NCBI GenBank assembly: GCA_003159495.1
Contig: PLPI01000055.1
Location: 3,275 to 67,274, forward strand
Source of the DNA: a candidate division FCPU426 bacterium
GTDB taxonomy: Bacteria; Oederibacteriota; PGYV01; Palsa-1178
Length of the DNA: 64,000 nt
Direction of reading: 5' to 3'
A program made the position numbers and the translations under genes. The stretch's first letter is position 1. Each line of letters begins with the position of its first letter. Of this stretch, positions 1-8,240 are shown in pieces. The notes beneath the pieces are model-generated. The model was given only the letters and a program-made list of their open reading frames with translations, did no database searches and was not told the DNA's origin.

Positions 1-549
1 TTTGCCTTATTTATTTTAACTTGTGCTGTAATATCATCATGCAATACCGGGACATCTTCCGATCCTGCTGCCCCGGCAAATACAAACAATACAAATAGCT
101 CATCGCCGACGCCCTGTGTTCCCGGAGATATACCATACAGCAAAGTCAATTTATGCATACTGAAATTATCCCTGACTCCGGTTCCCGATGTTAAAATAAC
201 TGACAATTACGGTTATTCCATGATTTATGGGGGCGGCCATTTAGCTTTGCCGGAAACTCCCACCCCGACCCCTGTTCCCGTTGATTTCACAAAGAAAATG
301 ATTATAGGCATAAATATGTATACAACAACCGCATGGCCCGTCAGCGGCAGCGCGACAATTGTTTCACAGCTGACCGGCATGACCACGGACTGTTCATCCA
401 TAACAATTCATACAAAGCGGAATTATCTGCCCGGATACTTGTCGGGACTTTTTTACTATGTCATCGACAAAACCGCCCTGCCGATATATATAGAAGAAAC
501 CGACGTGAATTCAGACGGCACGCAAACGGTGACAACGACGCCGTTTTAA
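1..549 (+). CDS. 5'-truncated ORF, likely a lipoprotein; it enters the window already open
   Basis: Frame 1 is open from base 1 to the stop at 547-549. The translation begins FALFILTCAVISSCNTG, a lipobox-like signal end. The listed 220..549 ORF is only the part after an internal Met. Confidence 0.45.
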   Translation, partial: FALFILTCAVISSCNTGTSSDPAAPANTNNTNSSSPTPCVPGDIPYSKVNLCILKLSLTPVPDVKITDNYGYSMIYGGGHLALPETPTPTPVPVDFTKKMIIGINMYTTTAWPVSGSATIVSQLTGMTTDCSSITIHTKRNYLPGYLSGLFYYVIDKTALPIYIEETDVNSDGTQTVTTTPF

Positions 550-715
550 ATAGAAAACATTCCACCCATAGTTTTAAAAAAGCCTGGTTTCAGCAACTGC
601 CCTGTTTGTTTTATAAAATCATTTGAATGGCCGGATGAAAAAATGCTGATTTAACTTGCCTTTGATTGTACTGGTGATAAAATAAGGCATTTAATAAAAT
701 CAAAGGAGAATTCAA

Positions 716-1369
716 ATGGCGGCAAACAGGGACGTTAACGAGGCTTTTGACGAAATAATACTTAACAGGAGGTCTATCAGGTCTTTTAAGCCGGATGATT
801 TGCCGAAAGAATATGTTGAACAGGTATTAAAGGCCGGGTTTGCGGCCCCTTACGCCGGCGCAACAGGATTTCCGCTGGATGAGATAAGAAAGTTCTTTGT
901 GATAAAAAATGGTTCTGCCGCACACTCAAGAGTTGAAAAAATGATTGTTCCAAATATAAAGAAGAATTTAAAGAAGCTTAAATTTGCATCCGTGTTGAGC
1001 GGGGCTTTTGCGAAAAAGGCTAAGGCTTTTGTTGAAAGGCTCAAGATGATGGCTGAAAAGGGGATGCCGACACTGAAAACCGCCCCGTATTATATAATAA
1101 TAGCAGAAAGAAAAGGCTTCCCGCCCGTTGAAAAGCAGTCCATGTCTTATGCCCTTGAAAACATGTGGCTTAAAGCTGCCGCGCTCGGGATAGGGTTCCA
1201 GCTTATTTCCGCAACAGGGACAATGTCAAAGGACAGGGAATTTATGGATATGCTGGGATTGAAAGTCGGGGAATATGAAATTGACGGCTGTGTCATAGGC
1301 TATGCCGCGCAGGTTCCGGAAAAAAGGATTGAAACCGGCACTGAAAAATATGTGAAGTGGCTGGAATAA
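716..1369 (+). CDS. Nitroreductase family protein
   Basis: N-terminal LNRRSIRSF motif typical of NAD(P)H nitroreductases; 217 aa; RBS aaaggag 7 nt upstream. Confidence 0.8.
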   Translation: MAANRDVNEAFDEIILNRRSIRSFKPDDLPKEYVEQVLKAGFAAPYAGATGFPLDEIRKFFVIKNGSAAHSRVEKMIVPNIKKNLKKLKFASVLSGAFAKKAKAFVERLKMMAEKGMPTLKTAPYYIIIAERKGFPPVEKQSMSYALENMWLKAAALGIGFQLISATGTMSKDREFMDMLGLKVGEYEIDGCVIGYAAQVPEKRIETGTEKYVKWLE

Positions 1370-1429
1370 AACAAAACTTGCCTAAACATCAAAAAACCTA
1401 TATTATAATCCTGTTATAAAACTAATGAG

Positions 1430-1606
1430 GGTACTGTCGGAAAACCCGTTGCGTGTTTTATCCTGGGTATATGACATTTTTATTGGATTGTCGCCCGATA
1501 TAATAGAGACGGTCTCTTGCGAGGCCGTCAGATGAGCGGCGCAAGGCCAATAAAAATGTCATATACCCAGGATCAGGTAATGTTTGCGTGGTTTTCCGAC
1601 AGTACC
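1430..1606. repeat. Hairpin-forming inverted-repeat element, copy A (177 bp)
   Basis: Terminal 11-bp perfect inverted repeats GGTACTGTCGG / CCGACAGTACC. Inner 13-bp CTGTCGGAAAACC / GGTTTTCCGACAG and 25-bp CCTGGGTATATGACATTTTTATTGG / CCAATAAAAATGTCATATACCCAGG arms are perfectly complementary. The core is homologous to copy B at 22850-22934. Confidence 0.6.
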
Positions 1607-1632
1607 AATTAAACAATAAGGCGGGCAGCAAA

Positions 1633-2538
1633 ATGCGGGCCAGGGAACTGTTTTATTACCTTAAATATGGATTTTTTTCGCTGATATTACGACGGCATGC
1701 CCCGCTTGTGGCAGGGGCGGCGCTTACCGACGTATGCAACCTTTCATGCGCCCATTGCGTGGTGGCCAACAAAGGCAGGGGGCCGTACACATTTACCCGG
1801 ATACTTGAGATATTTAATATGTTTTACAACCGCGGCGCCCGTATTCTTTATATCCAGGGCGGGGAAATAATGACATGGAAGGACGGGGATAAAAACGTCA
1901 ATGACGTTATAAAAGCCGCGCGGGACGCGGGATTTTTCAAGGTTGCGGCCGTTACAAACGGGACATTCCCAGTTGATATCAACCCCGACGCCGTATGGGT
2001 AAGCCTTGACGGACCGGAGAAAATGCATGATGAAATACGCGGAAAAGGCTCATTTGCCCTGACTATCAAAAATATCAGGGACGCAAAACATCCGAATATA
2101 TCCGCCAATGTAACGGTGAACAGGAAAAACATGGCGGGAATAGCGGAGTTAATTAAATTTGTATCCTCTGAAAAAAATTTTAAGGGCATCTCAATTAACT
2201 TTCATACTCCGTATCCCGGCGTGGAGGGGCTTGCCCTTGATAAAAAGGAAAGGGAGGCCGTGCTGAAAGATGTTATACGCCTGAAAAAAGAGGGGTTAAG
2301 GGTGCTGAATTCATTTTACGGCCTTAAAAAACTCATGACGGGCCGTTACAAGCGGCCTGTTTTTATGATACAGCTTATGGAAATGGACAGGGTTTTTGAA
2401 TGCTGCTGGGGGAAAGACGATCCGGGTGTATGCGAAAAATGCGGCTACGGAATAATACCTGAGCTTTCGGGAATAGAGTCTTTAAACCCGGCGGCAATTA
2501 TAGGGGCATTGAACCTCTTTAAAGGGATAAAAAAGTGA
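1633..2538 (+). CDS. Radical SAM protein (CxxxCxxC at CNLSCAHC) with a C-terminal Cys-rich segment
   Basis: CNLSCAHC motif near residue 50, which is MoaA/SPASM-like. C-terminal CCWGKDDPGVCEKC cluster. The ORF opens at 1588, but Met at 1633 avoids overlap with the upstream hairpin element. Confidence 0.75.
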   Translation: MRARELFYYLKYGFFSLILRRHAPLVAGAALTDVCNLSCAHCVVANKGRGPYTFTRILEIFNMFYNRGARILYIQGGEIMTWKDGDKNVNDVIKAARDAGFFKVAAVTNGTFPVDINPDAVWVSLDGPEKMHDEIRGKGSFALTIKNIRDAKHPNISANVTVNRKNMAGIAELIKFVSSEKNFKGISINFHTPYPGVEGLALDKKEREAVLKDVIRLKKEGLRVLNSFYGLKKLMTGRYKRPVFMIQLMEMDRVFECCWGKDDPGVCEKCGYGIIPELSGIESLNPAAIIGALNLFKGIKK

Positions 2539-3857
2539 AAACAACCCCGGAACTGATATTAAAGAAAATACGTGGTATGAAGAAAATAACCATTGCGGCT
2601 TTTTCGGAACGGCTGTGGAAGTCGAAGGCAGTTGTCATAAATTCAGACGGAAAAATTTTTTGCAGGCTGGACGACGCGCTTGTGAAAAGGGAAATATCAA
2701 AAAATCCACGTATATCATTTATAGGTAAAGCCGGGGGCTCGGAGGTGCGGGGGCAGGCTATCGCTAGGGTTCCGGCGGATATGCCGGAAGGCGTCAAAAA
2801 AAAATCCGGGGATGATATATTTTTAATCGAACCCTACCGTATAATCATAAGCGGTCCGGGGTATTCTGAATCTGTCATTGAAAAATCAAGGTCGGGATGG
2901 CAGGTTATCACGCCGGGAGCCGCCTCAAAAATTGGCAGAGGTTTTAAATTCTGGATGGCGGCGGCTCGCATTGTATCGGCCCCTCTTTCCATAGTCCCGG
3001 TGCTGACGGGAACAATTATCGCCGCTGTTAACGGGCCGTTCCATATATTAAGATTTATAGCGGCGCTTGCCGGCGGCGTGGCGGCGCATATGGGTGTTAA
3101 TTTATACAGCGACTACAATGATTTCAAAAAAGGCTTTGACACACCCGGGGCTTTATCTTCACATACCGGGGTTTTGACCAGGGAACTTGTTTCGCCGTCA
3201 TCCGTGCTGGCGGCGTCTGTTATATGTTTTTTCGTAACAATTGCATCCGGGGTGTATCTGATATCGGCATGCGGATGGCCTGTCCTGATTTTTGGCCTGA
3301 TCGGGATAGCGGCAGGGGCATCATATACGGGCGGGCCGCTAGCCCTTAAATACCGCGCACTCGGGGAGATTACAACGGCGTTTCTCATGGGGCCCTTGAT
3401 GGTGGCCGGGGCCTATTTTGTCCAGGCCGGGCATCTGGCGGCAGAGCCGGTAATTATATCGCTGAGCCTCGGCCTGCTCGTGGGTTCGGTTACGCTTGCA
3501 AACAACATACGCGACATGGATGATGACTCCAAAAACGGATTTGTCACAATGCCGATAAAAGCAGGATTTGAAACAGCAAGGAGGATTTATTACGTTTTTT
3601 TGACGGCCCCGTACGTAATTGTCATTGTATTTATAGCGCTGTGGCCGCGATTTTATCCGGCCGCGGCAGTATTTTTCAGCCTGCCGTACATGATAAAGTG
3701 TGTCAACTGGATAAGATCGGGCGGAAAAAACAGCGCCCAGATACGCATAAGCGCGGTAAAAAATCCATATCCGCTGTATTCCATACGCCTTTATACACGT
3801 TTCTCCGCGTTACTGCTGGCAGGGCTCATGGCGGTGTTTTTTTTAACGCATCATTAA
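2535..3857 (+). CDS. UbiA-family prenyltransferase (MenA-like) with a ~150-aa soluble N-terminal extension
   Basis: GTG start overlaps the stop of the radical SAM gene. The C-terminal half is polytopic with YSDYNDFKKGFD and LANNIRDMDDD motifs, the latter matching the MenA NNxRDxxxD signature. Confidence 0.7.
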   Translation: MKTTPELILKKIRGMKKITIAAFSERLWKSKAVVINSDGKIFCRLDDALVKREISKNPRISFIGKAGGSEVRGQAIARVPADMPEGVKKKSGDDIFLIEPYRIIISGPGYSESVIEKSRSGWQVITPGAASKIGRGFKFWMAAARIVSAPLSIVPVLTGTIIAAVNGPFHILRFIAALAGGVAAHMGVNLYSDYNDFKKGFDTPGALSSHTGVLTRELVSPSSVLAASVICFFVTIASGVYLISACGWPVLIFGLIGIAAGASYTGGPLALKYRALGEITTAFLMGPLMVAGAYFVQAGHLAAEPVIISLSLGLLVGSVTLANNIRDMDDDSKNGFVTMPIKAGFETARRIYYVFLTAPYVIVIVFIALWPRFYPAAAVFFSLPYMIKCVNWIRSGGKNSAQIRISAVKNPYPLYSIRLYTRFSALLLAGLMAVFFLTHH

Positions 3858-3868
3858 TGCAAAAAAAA

Positions 3869-3907
3869 CAGCCGCGGCAATACGGGTGTTCCGGATTGCC
3901 GCGGCTG
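3869..3907 (-). terminator. Rho-independent terminator hairpin between convergent genes
   Basis: CAGCCGCGGCAAT...ATTGCCGCGGCTG stem. On the minus strand it is followed by a T8 run (the complement of aaaaaaaa at 3861-3868). Confidence 0.5.
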
Positions 3908-3922
3908 TGTGGAAAATTTCTT

Positions 3923-4375
3923 TTACTTACTGCATAACATTCTGTCGGATGCCGGTGAAATCACGGCAAAATGCGCGTCCATATCCGTGAAAGAGGAGAA
4001 TGAATATATTTTTACATCCGGCCGGTTTAATTTTATATCAAACCCGGTCTGCCTGCTCACGATGTTTCCTATATCCGCCATGGTGCTGTTGCGGGCGTCA
4101 AAGGATATCTTTTTTGAGTTCTTCAGGTCAAGAACCCCGTCTCTCCCGCCGGGCAGGTAAATTGTTCCGTTCGAAAAATCCACGGCAAAAGCGATAACCC
4201 CGGGAACCAGGAATACCAGACAGCAAAGCCCGTCCATAATGCAGACCGCCGGGTCGACATAACCGCCCCTCTGCCCGATGCGTTTCGGGTAAAGGATCGT
4301 GCCGCAACTGACGGCCTGAAGGATAAAAACCGCGCAAAGAAGCACTTTTAAAACCATGCCAAACTTTTTTAACAT
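3923..4375 (-). CDS. Putative lipoprotein
   Basis: From Met at 4375 the signal peptide is MLKKFGMVLKVLLCAVFILQAVSCG with a lipobox, preceded by the SD GGGGGTG. The ORF is open up to 4405. Confidence 0.5.
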   Translation of the reverse strand: MLKKFGMVLKVLLCAVFILQAVSCGTILYPKRIGQRGGYVDPAVCIMDGLCCLVFLVPGVIAFAVDFSNGTIYLPGGRDGVLDLKNSKKISFDARNSTMADIGNIVSRQTGFDIKLNRPDVKIYSFSSFTDMDAHFAVISPASDRMLCSK

Positions 4376-4576
4376 CTTACACCCCCGTTTAATATTAAAA
4401 ATCATTTCCGTAAATACGGAAATATAAAGTCCGTTCTTTTTAGAGTTTTTGTTTAGGCAGCCGAATCATCAAGGAGAGCCAATTATAATTATTGCTTTAA
4501 AAAACATATACATCCAAAGTAAATAAAGGTTACCACTATTATATACAACCGTCAAGGGTAAAGCGTTTGACCCCTG

Positions 4577-5686
4577 TTAAAGCCCGCCGGACTCCAGGGA
4601 TTTCAGGTTTTTCTTTATTTCGTCCTCGAGCGCCTTTGGCAGGCCGAATATTTTCACATCCATAAAGCCGCTGACTATGGCGGAAATGGCGTCCGCTTTC
4701 GGGATGCCGCGCGACATCAGGTACAGTATCTGTTCCTCGTCGATTTTTCCTATGGCGGCCTCGTGCGACATGTTCACGTCGGCAAATTTTGTGGTGAGTT
4801 CCGGCACCGCGGAAATCAGCCCTGTGTCTTTGAGCATCAGGCCGTCGCATTCAAGATGGGCGAATATCTTCGGGGAATTTCCCTCAAGCTTGCCGCGGGC
4901 CATTATGCTGCCGCCGTTTGAAATGGAACGGCTTATTATTTCGGCGCGGGTATTCTCGGCATTGAGCATCACGCGCGAGCCCAGGTCATATACCGAGCCT
5001 TCCGGAGCCAGCACCAGCGTGTTAAACTTGGCAATGGCCCCTTTCCCGGCAAGATCCGCTGCCGGGTACATCTGGGTGAGTTTTGTCTCGCGCAGGGCAA
5101 TATAATTTGATATGTAAACCCCGCCTTCCTCAACCCTTATTGCCGAACGGGGCCTGACCTCGACGTTTTTGGCCCAGTCGTGTATCATGGTGTACATAAG
5201 CGAAGCGTTCTTTCCAACGAACATTTCAGTTACGCCTATGTGCATGCCCTCGGCAAGATAACTGGCCGCGGCGCAGCCGTTTATTATATGAAGGGAAGAA
5301 CCTTCCTCGAGTATTATAAGGTTGTGGACCTTCTGCTTGAATTTGTCCTGTTTGACAAAAAAGCATGCCTGGAACGGCATGTAAGCCTTTACCCCGGCTT
5401 TTACCCTTATGAAATATCCGGACTGCGTATCTTCGAAGGCAGCGGCGGTGTATTCGTCCTTGTCCTTTTGTACCAGTGTCCAGAGTTTTGCCTTATATTC
5501 GGGATATTTTGCGGCGGCGTCCTTTATGGACATCATTTCAACGCCTTCCTGCCTCATGGAAACGTGGGTTACGCCTCCGTTTTCCATAACGAACGAGCCG
5601 TTCCTGTCCTTTTCGTCAAGGTTAATCCCCGACCTTTCTATTTTTTCCCGGTCTTTTTCATCGATTTTTATCATATGTCCTTGCAT
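4577..5686 (-). CDS. sufD: Fe-S cluster assembly protein, SufB/SufD family
   Basis: 369 aa, lying immediately downstream of and overlapping sufC; the SufBD-like beta-helix family is judged by eye from the translation. Confidence 0.75.
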   Translation of the reverse strand: MQGHMIKIDEKDREKIERSGINLDEKDRNGSFVMENGGVTHVSMRQEGVEMMSIKDAAAKYPEYKAKLWTLVQKDKDEYTAAAFEDTQSGYFIRVKAGVKAYMPFQACFFVKQDKFKQKVHNLIILEEGSSLHIINGCAAASYLAEGMHIGVTEMFVGKNASLMYTMIHDWAKNVEVRPRSAIRVEEGGVYISNYIALRETKLTQMYPAADLAGKGAIAKFNTLVLAPEGSVYDLGSRVMLNAENTRAEIISRSISNGGSIMARGKLEGNSPKIFAHLECDGLMLKDTGLISAVPELTTKFADVNMSHEAAIGKIDEEQILYLMSRGIPKADAISAIVSGFMDVKIFGLPKALEDEIKKNLKSLESGGL

Positions 5687-6408
5687 ACGTCACACTCCCT
5701 GAACCCGTTTTTTTGTATGCCTTCAAAAAGCGTCCTTGCGTCATGCCTGCATTTAATGCGCCCTTCAAGAAGGGTATAACCCGCGTCGGCGTCCACAAAA
5801 TCCATTATATATCCGGTGTGTGTGATTATCAGGGCGCTTTTTGTGCGGTGCCTGGGCTCAAGGTCGCGGCCGAGAAGGGTGCGTATTTTTCCGCCTATGA
5901 GCTTCATGTTTTCGATATCAACGCCCGATTCAGGCTCGTCAAGCATTAAGAATCCGGGTTTTTGCGCAAAAAGCTGGAGCAGTTCGGAACGTTTTATCTC
6001 TCCGCCGGAAAAACCGCTGTTGATGTCGCGGTCCATTAAATATTCGATATTGAGCGCCTTCGCCGCGACGGCCAGGTCGAGTTTAAGGCCGCTTTTTGAA
6101 AGTATTATCGAGGCCATTTCCGAAAGTTTTATGCCCTTTAGTGAAGGCGGCCGCTGGAAAAAAAGGCCGACTCCCAATTTGGCACGCTCATCAATTGGCA
6201 TTCCGTTTAATTCAATTGAATTATATTTTATTGTTCCGCGGGTTATTTTGTACTGTGGATAACCCATTATGGTCATTAAAAGGGATGTTTTTCCGGAACC
6301 GTTCGGGCCGAACAGTATATGGGTTTCACCGTCGGGAATAAGAAGGTCTATACCCTTTAAAACTTCACTGCCTGAAATCTCAACGTGTAAATCTTTTATT
6401 TCAAGCAT
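5671..6408 (-). CDS. sufC: Fe-S cluster assembly ATPase SufC
   Basis: Walker A GPNGSGKTS, ABC signature LSGGE, and a SufC-typical N-terminus MLEIKDLHVEI. Confidence 0.9.
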   Translation of the reverse strand: MLEIKDLHVEISGSEVLKGIDLLIPDGETHILFGPNGSGKTSLLMTIMGYPQYKITRGTIKYNSIELNGMPIDERAKLGVGLFFQRPPSLKGIKLSEMASIILSKSGLKLDLAVAAKALNIEYLMDRDINSGFSGGEIKRSELLQLFAQKPGFLMLDEPESGVDIENMKLIGGKIRTLLGRDLEPRHRTKSALIITHTGYIMDFVDADAGYTLLEGRIKCRHDARTLFEGIQKNGFRECDVCKDI

Positions 6409-6642
6409 AACGCCTCCATGATGATTTTATTATCAACAGCATATCACAAAATATTTTTTTTGTAAGGAATTAATTGTATTTCATGGCGTGTAACAAAGTA
6501 AGCGGAACCCCGGGTCATAAAAAAACATTTGTTCCGCAAAGCGGGACAACCTGACGGGAATAACTTTCATATAGACTGGATTAATTTCCTTAGAACACGG
6601 GAAATTTAAAAAAATACCCTTAAAAATATGGCGGTTACCATA

Positions 6643-6659
6643 CGGCATGGTATGTGCTT
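6643..6659 (+). promoter_or_regulatory. Candidate sigma-54 (-24/-12) promoter for the flgB operon
   Basis: Sequence CGGCAT-ggtat-GTGCTT with exact GG-N10-GC spacing, 39 nt upstream of the first ORF. It shares the motif with the sites at 25051 and 34394. Confidence 0.35.
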
Positions 6660-6695
6660 TATATGTATCGTTGTATTAAATAGCGGAGGTGAAAA

Positions 6696-7151
6696 ATGGA
6701 AGGCATGACGGAGCAAAAGGTAAACACCATGATAAGTAAATATTCCATGGAGATTCATTTTTATGAGTCCCTTATGAAGAAACTCGACGAGGAAATGAGG
6801 CTGTTAAAGGAAGGCGGGCAGATTGAAAAGACAATGGCCGTGCTTGCCGAGAAATCAGTAATAATTTCCAACCTTGACTCCATTGAAAGGCAGATAAAAC
6901 CCCTGAAAGCCGAATACCTGAGCGCCAAGGAAAAAACGGGTTTTTGTTCAAGGGACCTGGATAAACTTTTAATGAAGCTTTCATTCCTGCTCGAAGAGCT
7001 CATAAGCATACAGTCGCGCAATGCCGAACTGCTCCAGAAGAATATGGATTATACGAGGGTAAAGATAAATAACGTAAAAAAACGGGTCATGCTCGTTAAT
7101 ACATACAAACACACAAAAAGCGAAGGGCTTTTTCTACAGGAGGACAGGTAA
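6696..7151 (+). CDS. Hypothetical coiled-coil protein, first gene of the flagellar operon
   Basis: 151 aa, helical and charged; it sits directly before flgB and could be a flagellar chaperone or accessory protein. Confidence 0.45.
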   Translation: MEGMTEQKVNTMISKYSMEIHFYESLMKKLDEEMRLLKEGGQIEKTMAVLAEKSVIISNLDSIERQIKPLKAEYLSAKEKTGFCSRDLDKLLMKLSFLLEELISIQSRNAELLQKNMDYTRVKINNVKKRVMLVNTYKHTKSEGLFLQEDR

Positions 7152-7152
7152 A

Positions 7153-7482
7153 ATGGAAGCTGTTGATAAAATACTTTCAAAGGCTCTCGATGTCATCTGG
7201 TCGAAACAGGAGGCGGTGGCCAATAATATAGCTAACGCCGATACTCCGGGATATGTCAGGCAGGATGTTGATTTTCAGTCGGCGATTGACGACATAATGC
7301 AGAATGAGGGCAATACGGACAACTGGACGGCGCCGGAAGCGCTGCCCCAGCCGGGAGTTCCTGTAAAACTGGAAAATGAGACCGCGGAGCTGGATGAGAA
7401 CGTGGAACTTTACGATTCTGTATCAAAGATAACAGCGCTCCGCATGCAGATACTTAATTCTTCTCTGGGCAGTGCGTCATGA
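7153..7482 (+). CDS. flgB: Flagellar basal-body rod protein FlgB
   Basis: ANNIANADTPGY rod-protein N-terminal motif; 109 aa. Confidence 0.9.
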   Translation: MEAVDKILSKALDVIWSKQEAVANNIANADTPGYVRQDVDFQSAIDDIMQNEGNTDNWTAPEALPQPGVPVKLENETAELDENVELYDSVSKITALRMQILNSSLGSAS

Positions 7483-7880
7483 GCGATTTTTTAAAACCCA
7501 TGGAAATATCCCTTACAGGGATGCAGGCGCAGAAAATGAAAATGGAACTGATAGCCTCCAACGTTGCCAACTCGGACACCATCATGACAAAGGACGGCGG
7601 ATTTTACAAAAGGCAGACGCCGGTATTTGAAACGATGGTTGACGACGAGGGAAGGGCCGCGGGGGTTCAGGTCAAGGAAGTTGTCCAGGAACCAAGCGAC
7701 GGCGTCCAGAAATTTGAACCGAACAACCCTTACGCGGACTCCAAAGGGTATGTTAAATATCCCGACATAAGCACTGTGCGCGAAATGACGGATTTGATAT
7801 CGGCACAGCGCGCGTATGAGGCAAATATTGCGGTCGCATCATCGGTAAAAAACATGATTTCCAAAAGCCTTGAGATATGA
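7479..7880 (+). CDS. flgC: Flagellar basal-body rod protein FlgC
   Basis: SLTGMQAQ...ASNVANSDT N-terminal motif and QRAYEANIAV C-terminal motif. Confidence 0.9.
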   Translation: MSDFLKPMEISLTGMQAQKMKMELIASNVANSDTIMTKDGGFYKRQTPVFETMVDDEGRAAGVQVKEVVQEPSDGVQKFEPNNPYADSKGYVKYPDISTVREMTDLISAQRAYEANIAVASSVKNMISKSLEI

Positions 7881-7891
7881 GGTGAATAAAG

Positions 7892-8230
7892 ATGAAAATT
7901 GACGGAATCAGCGCGGCTCCGGGTCTTGACGTAAGCAAGCTCGATATGCCGCTTGATGGAATGGACGGGGTTTCATCGTCGCCGGGCGCCGACAGCGGGT
8001 TCGCGGCCCCTGACATTGACATGGACTCGCTTATAAATGATGCGGTAAACGCCGTTGACGCGCCACAGCAGGACCTTACGGCAAAGATAGGAAACTTCCT
8101 GCAGGGAAAAGAAGAGCTTCACAATGTGATGATAGCCGCCGAGCAGGCGCGGTTTACGATGAATTTTACGGTAAAGGTCAGGGACAAGATAATTGACGCA
8201 TACCAGACCATAATGAGAATGCAGGTTTAA
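7892..8230 (+). CDS. fliE: Flagellar hook-basal body protein FliE
   Basis: 112 aa; C-terminus DKIIDAYQTIMRMQV matches the FliE signature; position after flgC. Confidence 0.85.
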   Translation: MKIDGISAAPGLDVSKLDMPLDGMDGVSSSPGADSGFAAPDIDMDSLINDAVNAVDAPQQDLTAKIGNFLQGKEELHNVMIAAEQARFTMNFTVKVRDKIIDAYQTIMRMQV

Positions 8231-8240
8231 GGAGGAATGA

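Noticed and set aside
220-626. 109-aa and 97-aa plus-strand ORFs as independent genes
   Set aside because: Frame 1 is open from base 1, so 220..549 is just the tail of a longer 5'-truncated lipoprotein gene. The 333..626 ORF is an overlapping alternative frame.
1430-1606. Known riboswitch (SAM, cobalamin, c-di-GMP, TPP, glycine) as the explanation for the hairpin element
   Set aside because: No match to the conserved core sequences of those classes that I can recall. The near-perfect long palindromic structure is atypical of riboswitch aptamers.
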